From Isurus oxyrinchus (lineage: Eukaryota): a DNA stretch of 64,000 bases. The notes beneath the pieces are model-generated. The model was given only the letters and a program-made list of their open reading frames with translations, was not told where the DNA came from and made no database searches. Below, piece after piece: positions 1 through 10,340 of the stretch (positions are counted from its first letter, which is position 1; every line of letters starts with the position of its first letter). The stretch spans positions 13,330,001 to 13,394,000 of the forward strand of contig JANJGN010000035.1 in the NCBI GenBank assembly GCA_026770705.1, written 5' to 3'. A program made the position numbers and the translations under genes.

Positions 1-114
1 TACGCGAGTGATTGTATTTTTCTCGAGTTTCTCCCTCCGAACCCTTTCCAGATTTACAGCTTTTTGTGGCATGTTACTTGTGTACTCTATAGTAATGGCC
101 GAAGCAAAATAGCT
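1..114 (-). repeat. Inverted copy of 474-585 (CR1-derived sequence); probably continues past the window start
   Basis: The reverse complement of 474-585 aligns to 1-114, and the last 44 nt (atgttacttgtgtactctatagtaatggccgaagcaaaatagct) are identical. Confidence 0.85.
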
Positions 115-1105
115 CAGAAGGGATATTTCAGAAAAAATGCATTCCAATGGGAACAAACATTTCCAAGTTCAGGGGCACGAACGCTGCTGAACTGAAAAAA
201 AAGTTAAGCACATTATCAAACTTTAAGAATAAGCATGTAATCACGCAAAGACTTGTGGTATGTATGAAGAATGGAAAATATGAAAAGAACAGCAAAAACT
301 GACCAAAATATTAATGCATGAAAATCAGAGTATGAGAGAAAGCTATCTAGTAATACAAAGACCGATTGTTAGATATTTAAGAAGAAAAGTGTTAACAATG
401 TGAGGATTGGTCTATTGAAAGAGTGCCTGGGGAATTTGTAATGGAAATTAATGAGCTGTCGGGTGAATTAAACAGCTATTTTGCTTCGGCCATTACTATA
501 GAGTACACAAGTAACATCAACAAATAGCTGTAAATCTGGAAAGGAAGGGAGGGAGGAACTCCTGAAAAATACAATCACTGGCGTATGGTATTAAGCAAAT
601 TGTTGCAGTTGCAGTCTGTCAAATCAACAGCTCCGTAAAGATGTGGCTGAAGAAATGATTAAGGCATTAAATTTAACTTTACAAAAATTCTCTAGATTGG
701 GTTTAGATGCCATTGAATTGGAAAATAGCAAATGCAAAAAGGGAAGGAGACAGACACCAGGTAAACGCAGGACAGTTGACGTGCATCCGTCAAGGGGAAC
801 GCATTATAAGCTATTTCTAAAGAGGTTATAGCAGAGAGCCTCGAAAAATTTAAAGCAATCAGGAAGATTCAACATTATTTTGTGAAGTTGACATCATGTT
901 GAACCAATTTGTTGGAGATCTTTGAAGCAGACAGATGCGCCGTGGACAGAGGGGAACCGATGCAGGCACCGAACTTAGATTTCCATAAAGAATTTGATAA
1001 AGTGCCACCTCAAAAGTTATTTCGGGAAATTAAAAGCTCATGGTGTAGAGGACATGATATTGGCATGGATGGAAGAGAAGACAGTTAACAGGAAACAGAC
1101 AGTTT
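115..1105 (+). mobile_element. CR1-type LINE ORF2 fragment (linker plus N-terminal RT), decayed
   Basis: Frameshifted remnants of the YFAS, LTNLLE.FE, LDF.K.FDKVP and ILAWME..RKQ motifs; paralogous to 30580-31590. Confidence 0.8.
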
Positions 1106-2125
1106 GTTTTCAATATTCATGTTAGTACTTGGACTTTATGTTTAAGCCTTGAGTTCCCTTCATATCGGGATTCAAAACGCTTCAGTGATGGCCAATTGAA
1201 AACGAGACAGGCGGAAAATCAATCATGATGTCATTTCAACCGATCGCACCCACAAAGTGTTTTGCCTGAGGACCTCAATGTTGGTGGACGAAATGCCCGA
1301 CGCGTAAACAGAATGTCCCGAGTCCGAATATCGGCGGCGCTTTTGCTCTCACCTCCATTTCGAGGAGGTAGTCCTTGTCAGCAACTGTGGTGACTGGAAT
1401 GTTTTTAAGTGATCGTTCAGAACGATGTTCGCGAACAAAGCCAAGCACAGGTGGTCTTCGTTACATCTCACCGCTTGTGCATTAAAGCAAGTGGTTCGCT
1501 CAAATTTTCTTTTACGCCTGAGCGAGAAGCCGTGGCAGCTGCATTGAACTGGGAAATGTCGGTCGGAGCACAAAGCGAGCTCCACAAGAAACTATTCAAT
1601 GGCTGATATCTTCAGAGAAATACTGCGGAGAAATGAAACGCGGTATAAATGAAGGTCTTTTCCTGAAAAATCTATTAATTGCTCTAGAGTCTGTGAAACG
1701 CACAATTTCTAGTCGATCACGGAGTTCACTATCTTGCTGTTTGAGTGGATTTGCTCGCATTTTGCCCGAAAAGAACAAGAAATGATACCGTTTTCCTGCC
1801 CCTAAACCCATGTTCGTCATTTTAAAACTTCGAGCTAATACTTCGGCAATTTAACGACCCTCATTAATTAATATTATGACCAAAACATTGAGCGCCCAAA
1901 ACTTAGGACATGGCAGCTGTCACACCACACGTCACGATGAAAGAGCGATTCCTTGGTGGGAGTAAAGCGATTTATTAAGAGAAGGAGAACGGCTTCAGGC
2001 TGTCGGCGCCAGATGTAAATGTTCTGCCGGGAGCGAATTTCCCAGGAAGAAATACAAAACGAACAGAGGGATTGTACTGAATGTGTAGAGTTTTCTCGTA
2101 CCCTGTACAATCGCATAAAGTCGAA

Positions 2126-2198
2126 GCTCGGGTAGCTCAGTCGGTAGAGCATCAGACTTTTAATCTGAGGGCCCAGGGTTCAAGTCCCTGCTCGAGCG
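2126..2198 (+). tRNA. tRNA-Lys-TTT: tRNA-Lys, anticodon TTT, apparently intact
   Basis: GCTCGGG TA GCTC AGTCGGTA GAGC A TCAGA CTTTTAA TCTGA GGGCC CAGGG TTCAAGT CCCTG CTCGAGC G: 73 nt, all four stems pair, A and B boxes intact, near-identical to the canonical vertebrate tRNA-Lys3. The first T4 run downstream is at 2270-2273. Confidence 0.93.
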
Positions 2199-2639
2199 AC
2201 GCTTTATTGACACACTTAGCGGAACACCGCGGATGAGTCACTACAACGGATTCCTTGCTCCGTTCGCTATTTTATTTGAGTTCAATATCAGAAAATGCAC
2301 CCCGATTGCGCATTGCAATACCTTCAATTGACCCCAAGATTAAGGTTTTACATGCCTAGCTTCCCAAGGTGTGGAAAAACTGCTTCCTGACTCTGTTCGT
2401 GATTGTTTGGGTTTTCCCATTCTTAAAGTCTTTGGAAATGCTGACCGCATTATACATTTTGACACGACAAAAACCGGGACCAATGTGAACTCCAGCGCGT
2501 GTGATCAAGGGGATAAAAAACCAGGAGTATGCAAACTGCATTCCTACTTAACTCAATAAAATACGCAATCATGCCGATGGTCTGCACCGCTTGCATCCCG
2601 AGGTCAATATACTACTGCTTATTGTTGTGAATAGTGTAT

Positions 2640-3090
2640 ATAAGAATATGAGAAATAGGAGCAGGTATAGCATATTCTGGCCTGCAGGACTTTCCATCAC
2701 TCAGTATGTGCATGGCTCAATTTCGATCTCAATTGCAACTTCCACAACAGTTCGTTGACCTTTTGTTCTCACCGAACACCGAGAAAGATGGATGTCCGCC
2801 GTGAGAAGAATGAGCGAGAATCGACAGTTCTCCGTGTCCAGAACTGAAAACGCACACAAGCCTTCGAATGTAAACGCTTTCCTCATCCCAGCCCTAATGG
2901 CTGACACCGGCCTCTGAGTTTCTGACTGCGAGACCTAGAGACAGCAAACATTCTTGGATATCGTCACAAACTCGTCACTTTCTTCAAAAATGTGGAGAAT
3001 ATAGAATTAAAAGCAGAAAATGCAGGAACTATTCCGCAAGTCATGTCGTCATTCCAAGTTTCAGCTCCCAGCCTTTGCTTTCAGAGGCTT
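2640..3090 (-). mobile_element. Old CR1 3' tail followed by a decayed Penelope-type terminus; fixed part of the cassette's downstream flank
   Basis: agaaataggagcagg...catggct (antisense CR1 3' end), then aaaagcagaaaatgcaggaa...tttcagagg. The same pair recurs after the tRNA copies at about 14180-14620, 24050-24500, 27960-28400 and 33500-33950. Confidence 0.5.
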
Positions 3091-3429
3091 AAACTGCCAT
3101 CATTGAATAAGTGAATAATAACAGCGGTCCCAGCGAAACCGGGTAAGGGAGAACGACTTCTCGGTCTCAACTGAAACGTCGTGGATCAGAGCCAACACTA
3201 TGTTCAGGGGCATCGGAAATGCAATTCTTGACGGCAATGTAGAGAATCGTACACAATAATAAAAGCCAAAATTCGAGCAATTCTCAGTTACAGGATAAAG
3301 TATTGTAAAGTAGCCAAATGAGAGGCTAACTGAAGATGGTGACAGTGAAAGTGGTCTCCCCTCCGTCCTGGTAACTCAGCGTTGGAAACCGATTTGCTGT
3401 CCGTTCACGATGGCGACTCTCATTCGCTT

Positions 3430-4150
3430 TCCAGCAAAATAATAGGTCGAAACTTCTTAGTAGCGTGGGAAAGTGCTGGCCCACAGGAATGCGAAAAAAA
3501 ATAGCTACTTACTTGGCCTTGAAAAATTAGTTGCGACTTCCGCTCGCCGGAGCTGCGTTGGGGCTGCGTCCAAAGACCCCTCGCAGTGACCAGCGGAATC
3601 CAGATCCAGCGGTTTCAGGATACTACGCCCCTTTTTTACTGCACTCGCCACGGGAAAATAGGTAAGTTTCTATTGCCAGGGAAATTGACAGGACAGGGGA
3701 GGGTCAGTCTCTAAGTTAAGTACGTGAGATACGATGTCGGGGATGGAGGGGAGGGGGGGTGGGGGGTGGTGGGGGTTGGGGGGGGGGTAGAGGGGGATGC
3801 GATGGCGGCTGTTTGAGCTCGGAGTTTATTTGGAGGTCGATTATCGGAGTTATGGGGCAGTCCCGTGGAGGTGCGTTGTTGTAGGAATGTCCCGAGGGGT
3901 CGGCCTGCGTTTTTCACAACAGTTCCCAAAGTGAGAAGAGCATTGAATTATTCTAACTTTATGTGTGTAACCATACCTGTAACCTCGACGGAACCTTCGA
4001 AGTTTGCTATTTTAATCGCATTTTCGGCTGGTTCCAAGTGCAATGCAATCATCCATTGGAAGTGTGCACTTCTGAGGAATTGCCGCGCCAACCCTTACCT
4101 GGGATCTTGCCAGGCGGATTCCCCAGCGCAATTTTGCGCGAATGTTTTAA
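3430..4150. repeat. Unclassified interspersed repeat with a G-rich core
   Basis: G-run tract at 3735-3800; paralog at 34290-35480; a distantly similar right end at 48450-48640. Confidence 0.45.
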
Positions 4151-4239
4151 AATGAGTTCAAATTCACCCTAATTGTCAGAATGGTGGCCGGACATATACA
4201 GCGAGTCCAGGATATGACTTCAGCTGAAATAATGTTCGC

Positions 4240-6145
4240 AGTATATACACATTTGTAAAAATAATACCAATATAAAATATACACCTTTTATATCTAAATG
4301 CAGGTAACATCGAAACAAAACCGCTGAACTGATAGCGCAAATGCAAACACACATCTGCCATCTGATAGTAATTACAGAGACATGGCTACTGGATTATATC
4401 AATTGGGACCTGAATATTGAAGGTCGAGTGATTATTTGGAAGAACAGGGAGTTAGGAAAAGGTACAGGTCAGGCTCTTTTAACTTAGGATGATAATGGCA
4501 CATGATCAGGACGCCAGGATGCAGAATCTGTTGGGTTGAGACGGGGAATGATAAAGGCAAAAAGTCAATTGTGGGCTTGGTGCACTGGCCCCTAAATTAT
4601 AATTACATCGTAGGACAGAATATAGCCAAAGGGATATAGGGTGATTGCCAGAAAGGTACGGCAATAATCAGTGGGTTTTTTATCCACGTATAGACTAGAA
4701 ACATCGGCTGGGCAAAGGCAGTGTAAATGAGGGCTCCGAGAATTCTTTCAGGAAAGTTCCATAGAACAGCATCTTCTGGCTCCAAACAGAGAGCAGGTTA
4801 TACTAGAACTGCTACTGCGCCACAAGTTAGGATTAATTGATAACCTCAAATTGAAGGCACTCCTATGTAGCAGTGATCATAATTGTACATACATGTTCAT
4901 CGAGAGAGGAGCGTGCGCAGAACTAGCATTTTTTAAAACTAGAATTAGGGCAATTATGAGTGCATGAATGCAGAACTAGCGCAAGGGAATTGACAAAACA
5001 GGTTACCGGATATGTCAATAGAGGTTTTTTGGCATAGAAACATTGAAAATTGTAGCAGGAGCAGGTATTGATATGGTTTGTTCAGCTCAGTTTCTGATGA
5101 ATGGATATCCTCCAGCATGTTGATTTTTAAGGACACAGAGTTGGTAATGCCCTTGAATGTCAAGGAACTATGGGTAGATGCTCTGTCTTTGGACATGGTC
5201 ATTGCCTGGCACCTGGGTGGCACGAAACTTACTTTCCACTTATCAACCCAGGCCCGGATATTGCCCAGGTCTTCCTACATTTGGACATGGACATGAGCAA
5301 GATACATTACGACTGCATTAAAGCAGAGTTACGTAAAGTGGGTAGCCAATTTAGCTTAAGTGAAAAGTCAAAAGAGATTTATTGGCGGCGATTGAAGGCG
5401 ACATTTCAGAATATACAGAATTGATACATTGCAAGGTGAAAGAAAGACTCCAATGAGTGGACCCTACCCGTGCTCAAATACAAGTTCAAGATAGTATCAA
5501 AGTTAAAGAAGAAAGCTTTCAAAAATCGATGTATGTGCAGCATGACAGTCGACTTCACAGATTTTTAGGAAACACCAGAAAATGATTATAGATTAATAAG
5601 GAACGAAAAACATGGTGCATCAGAGCAAGCTAGCTAGAAACAGCATTACAGATAGGGAAAGTTTATCTAATTCTTTCAAACAGATTATAGCCAGAAAGGG
5701 AGGGAAACAGAAAGCAATTAACTACAGGCCAGTTAGCTTGACACTAATCATAAGGGAAATCTTTGAACATGTTATTAAATACGTTATACATTTATTAAAA
5801 GTAATCACTCAGAGCAAGCATGGTTTAGTGAGGGAGAAATCATGTTTAACTAATATATTTGAAGGAATAAGATGTATTGTGGATAAAGGGGAACTGTTGG
5901 GTTTACGGTACACACATTTCCAGAAGTTATTTGATGAGGTGGCACATCAAAGTTTATTGTGGAAAATAGAAGCTTATTGTGGAGGGTGTAACATATTGGG
6001 ATGTATAGAAGATTGACTATTTAACAGGAAAAGGTTAGAAGGTATAAATGGCTCATTTTGTAATTGGCAAGGTGTAACGACTGCTGCAATGTAGGGTTGA
6101 GATTTGGCTCTCAGGCACTCAGGCCTTGTATCAATGCAGGTGAGG
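4240..6145 (+). mobile_element. CR1-type LINE ORF2, APE endonuclease to RT, decayed; interrupted at about 5035-5295 by antisense LINE pieces
   Basis: LYLNA..I.(N)K endonuclease start near 4287; ORF 5612-6016 contains NYRPVSLT, KHGLVREKSCLTN and FQKLFDEVAH. Confidence 0.85.
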
Positions 6146-7286
6146 TGAGAGAGCATTTGACTGAGAGTGCCCCCAATGAGCGCTGGGAAAAATTGAGTGA
6201 ACTGGAATATGGAGGAAAACGCTCTGCTGGTTAGAGCTATAGCTAGCACAAAGGAAAATGTTTGTCGTGATTGAAGGACATCATCCACATTCCGGGGTAT
6301 CATTGCGTGAACTCCCCAGTGTCAAAAGGCCAACTATTCTCAGCTGCTTCATCAATGGCCTTCCTTCCTCGCCATTTCAATAGTGGAGATATTCGCTAAT
6401 GTTTACACAATGTTCAGCTCCGTTCACGACAACCCAGATACTGAACAGTTCATGTGAAAATGCAGCAAGACTTGGACCATCTCCAGTCTTTGCGTGACAA
6501 GTTGCAATAACTATTCTAACACACAAATGAAAGGCAATGGCCATCTCCAGGAAGAGAGAATCTAACCATCGTCCTTCACAATCAATGAGTTTAACATCTC
6601 TGAATTCCCCACTATTTACACCCTGCACTCTACCATTGACCTGAAATCTACCTGTATGAGCCATATCAATACTCGATCAACAGGATCATGTCACAAGCCG
6701 GAATCCTCAGGCGAGTGCCTCGTCTGCAGACTGTCCAAATCGAGTCCACCATCTGCAAGCCATAATTCAGGATTGTGATGGAAGACTATGCACTTGCCTG
6801 GATTACTGTGCCTCACTCAAGAAGCTGACATTATCCAGGGAAAAGCAAACTGTTTGACTTGCACCCTATCTGCAAGCTTTCAATCCCTGCACCACGGTTG
6901 AGCATTGTCAGCACTGTGTACCATATACAAAATGCACAGCAGCCACTCGCCAAGGCTCCTAAGAGTGCAAATTCCAAACCCACTGGCTGTCAACATCTAG
7001 AATTGCAAGGGCAGCAGACACATGGAAACACAACCGCCTGGGTATTCCTCTCCAAGCCACTCATTATCCATGGAACATGGAACCTCACCACTGTTCCATC
7101 ACTGTCCCTGGTCAAAATCCAGGAACTGCCTCCCCAGCAGCACTGCTGTTGTACATGCATGGCATGGACTGCAGCAGTTCAAGGAGATAGCTACCCACCA
7201 TCTTTAAAAGTGCAATTAGTTATAGGCAATCTATTTTGGCCTCTTCAGCGACTTTCACACCCCATGAATCAAAGGAAAAACAAAAA
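6145..7286 (+). mobile_element. 3' part of a second LINE family (CR1/L2 group) nested in the CR1; its 3' tail resembles the SINE tail
   Basis: RT motifs (GPTIFSCFINGLPS in paralog ORF 37595-38128; atattcgctaatg is FADD-like). Ends gcaattagttataggcaat...cccatgaatc followed by an A-rich tail. Confidence 0.7.
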
Positions 7287-7289
7287 TTA

Positions 7290-8210
7290 CTGGACAGGGG
7301 TATGTAAGTATGGTTGCTAAATTTATTGATGGCACAAGGGTAGGTAGGAAAATAATTTGTAAGGAGCATACAAAGTGGCGAGCAAGTGGTTTGGTTAGTA
7401 TATCTGGGTGAGCAAGGATCTCGGAAATGGAGAATAATGTGGTAAAATGTTACAGTGTTCATTTTGCCAAGAAAATTGAAAAAAAGGCATATTATCTAAA
7501 TGGCGATGGATTGCAGAGCACTGATACCCTAGTGCATGAAGTGCAAAAGGTTAGTGTACATGAACTCATGTGGTCAGGAGGACAAATAATATATTGTACT
7601 CGTGTGAGAGGAATTCATTACAAAAGTAGCGATGTTCTGCGTACATTATGCATGAAATTGATGAAACCACATGTGGAATACTCGGGTAGAGTATTGCTCC
7701 CCTAAGTTGTGCAAGATGTAAATGTGCCAGAGGCAGTTCAGATATGGTTTACCAGGCTAATACCCGGAATGGGAGGGTTGTCTTCTGAGGATCGCTTGGA
7801 AAAGCTCAGCCTGTATCTGCTGGAGTTTAGAAGAGAGGGGTGTGATTTGATTGAAACATATAAGACCCGGGCGGGACTTGATTGGATGGATGTGGAAAAT
7901 AATTTTCGCCTTGTGGGAGTATCTAGAAGCAAGTATCACTATATAAAAAACGAGGTCCTCCACTGAGGACAGAGCCGAGGAAATATATTTTCTCTCAGAG
8001 GGTAATGAATCTTTCGAATTCACTGCCCTAACAGGCAGAAGAAGCAGAGCGTTTGAGCATTCTTAAGGCTGACGTAGAGAGATTTTTGCTAAGCATGAGG
8101 GTTAAAGGTTTTCGAGGGTAGGTGTGCATGTAGAGTTCAGGTTGCAATCAAGACAGCGCATTTAATGGTGGAGCAGCTGAAGGAGCTGAATGGCCTCCCC
8201 CTGCCTGGAA
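7290..8210 (+). mobile_element. CR1-type LINE RT C-terminus and 3' end (continuation of the 4240-6145 element)
   Basis: gttgctaaatttattgatggcacaa (AKFADDTK-like); ORFs with KPHVEY, FTRLIPGMGGLS, LEFRR and DLIETYK; ends ggagctgaatggcct. Confidence 0.85.
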
Positions 8211-8449
8211 CCCATCTGCTCTGAAGCCTGGGGAACAGCAGTTCTCAGATCACACTTCACTGTGAAGAAATGATTACTTGGTGCGATTAAGGGAACATGT
8301 GAAGAGAGACCAAGTGGAGACAGTCGATTGGCCTGTGAATGGAATGACCTGTGGAGGGCGAACTTCTGGGAAGGGAATGCAACATTAGAGCACAGCGCAT
8401 CAATGGTTTGGAGACGTTAAACATTTCTTTGTGAAGCTATTGCAACAAA

Positions 8450-8522
8450 GAGCGAATAGCTCAGTCGTTAGAGCATTAGAGATTTAATCTGAGGGGCCAG
8501 GGCTTAAGTCCCTGTTTGAATG
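8450..8522 (+). pseudogene. tRNA-Lys(TTT) pseudogene
   Basis: GAGCGAATAGCTCAGTCGTTAGAGCATTAGAGATTTAATCTGAGGGGCCAGGGCTTAAGTCCCTGTTTGAATG: acceptor stem broken and B box mutated (GGCTTAAG); T5 immediately downstream. Confidence 0.85.
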
Positions 8523-9349
8523 CCTTTTTCATTGCTATTAGTTGATCTCCAGGAACGCGGGCAGACAAGCGGCGCTTTTCCTTCTTACTGCTTTAACAAT
8601 CTTGATTGAAACATGCACTTTGTTTTTGAAAATATACCTTATCTGCTGGCTTTAGTTGATTTTACCATTTTTGAGAATCGTGCCGTACATTCCCAGTTGT
8701 ACTTTTTGTAAAAATTCCTTACTCACTAGGTCTTGAGTGGTCAGGAATTAGAAGGTCAATGAATGTTCAATCTGCGGATGAATTTCGACAGTCACGTTAG
8801 AAATAAGCTATGGGAGATGGACAATGATGCATTGATGAATCGTTATGATTTTCCAAGAAACATTAGACTCAGTGATGGAGAGGAACTCCAATACAGTGTG
8901 CTTACACAGGCAAGAGCGTCCACTTAGACAGAAACCATACTTTTCAACCCTGCTTGAGACTATCTGCAATGGTGCTGCCTGGCCGCTTATTGACATTGTG
9001 AAGCAGCAGCAATGAAATGATAAACCAGATAGAGGAATCGAGCTTTCGATTTAATTAAATATATTTTCCATTCGGGATGTTTTTCGGAAAATCCAGTTTG
9101 GCTGGGAGAACCTGCAAGCTTAGGGACACTGAAAATGCTTTCTCCCCGTGCTTAGGGCGGGTTTGTCCATCTGGCCGCCTTGCGGCCCACTAGGCCAACA
9201 AAATTCCCTCAAGTTACTTAAATTTGAAAGTTGCTGGAAAAGTCTTAACCGGTCAAAAATTTGTCTTATCCTGCAAGGCAGGTGTCATTGGACAAGAGGA
9301 AATCAACAAGGCTTCAAGGTAAGTTCCAGGGCCAGGGACCGGATGCAGA

Positions 9350-10130
9350 AGGAGATCTAGCCTCAGAGTAAGGCGGAGAGGAAGAGCGGGCAATAGAGTG
9401 AGAAGGAGAGCAAGAGCGGGCATCAAAGCTAGAGCAAACAGCAAGTGGCCCCTCTTAAATTCATTATTTCATAGGGCCTGGATGTCATTGGAAAAGCCGA
9501 TATTTCTTGTCCTTCCATAATTCCCCTTGAACTGAGTGGTTTCCCATTGCGGAGTGCATTTAAGTGTCAGCCACACTGCTGTGGGTCTGGAGTCCCATGT
9601 TGGCAAGACCAGGGGAGTATAGGAGATTTGTTTCCAGAAAGGCAATTAGTGAACCAGATGAGTTTTTTTCAAAAGTAAATGCAGACTTTTCAATTCCACA
9701 TATGAGTGGAAATTAAAAGCCGTAAGGCGCATTTATGAGTTTCAAAGCCTTGCACAAAGATATTATCCTTCACTTTGGTTCATTGATTCAGCGAGAAATC
9801 ACTATGCAATCTTTCATGTCTCTCACTGCCTCGGAGTGAGGGTAAGAGTGGGCGTTGGAACGAGAGTGGGAGGTTGGGGGAGTGGTAGGTGGGGGTGAGC
9901 GAGAGCAGGCCACAGAGCGAGGGGGGCAGCAGGCCCCAGGGCGAGATCATGAGAGGATTTTGTAGCATAAGGGTGAGAGCGCCTTAGAGTGATGGGGAGA
10001 CCGAGTATCAAAGCTACAAGAAGAGCAGGGGTAGGAGCAAAGAGGAGGGCAGATCTCGGAGCAAGCGGCTGAGAGGGCCTCAGCACGGGGGGCAGAGCGG
10101 TTCTTGGAGCAGGGGGCAAAGGCGTCCTTG
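9350..10130. repeat. Degenerate purine-rich short-period repeat (agagcgaggg-like), interrupted by the SINE at 9460-9824
   Basis: Recurrent cctc(a/g)gagc and agagcgag motifs on both sides of the SINE; paralog at about 40350-41100. Confidence 0.45.
9460..9824 (-). mobile_element. tRNA-derived SINE with a Deu-domain-like core (SacSINE1-like)
   Basis: ccacactgctgtgggtctggagtcccatgt...ggcaattagtgaaccagatg core; same family at 40410-40775 and 62335-62670. The family name is from recall, not from a database search. Confidence 0.7.
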
Positions 10131-10259
10131 GATTGAGCAAGATAGCAGTAACTGGGGTGACAGGGAGATTGCTCCGACTGATGGGCCGAAATTTTGCGGC
10201 CACATCAAGCGGGTGCAGGGCCAAAATATGCGGTAAGCCAATCAATTGTCCATTTACAG

Positions 10260-10340
10260 GAAAACAGAATGTGATGCAAAATCTCAGCATGTTTGACTGC
10301 ATCTGTTTATGTTTCGGTTCCGTATGAACCTTCTTCACAC
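10260..10340 (-). mobile_element. Penelope-like terminus with a decayed hammerhead motif
   Basis: The minus strand reads GTGAAGA A GGTTC ATACG GAACC GAAAC ATA...cagatgc...tgctgag, matching the family at 23645-23760. Confidence 0.6.
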
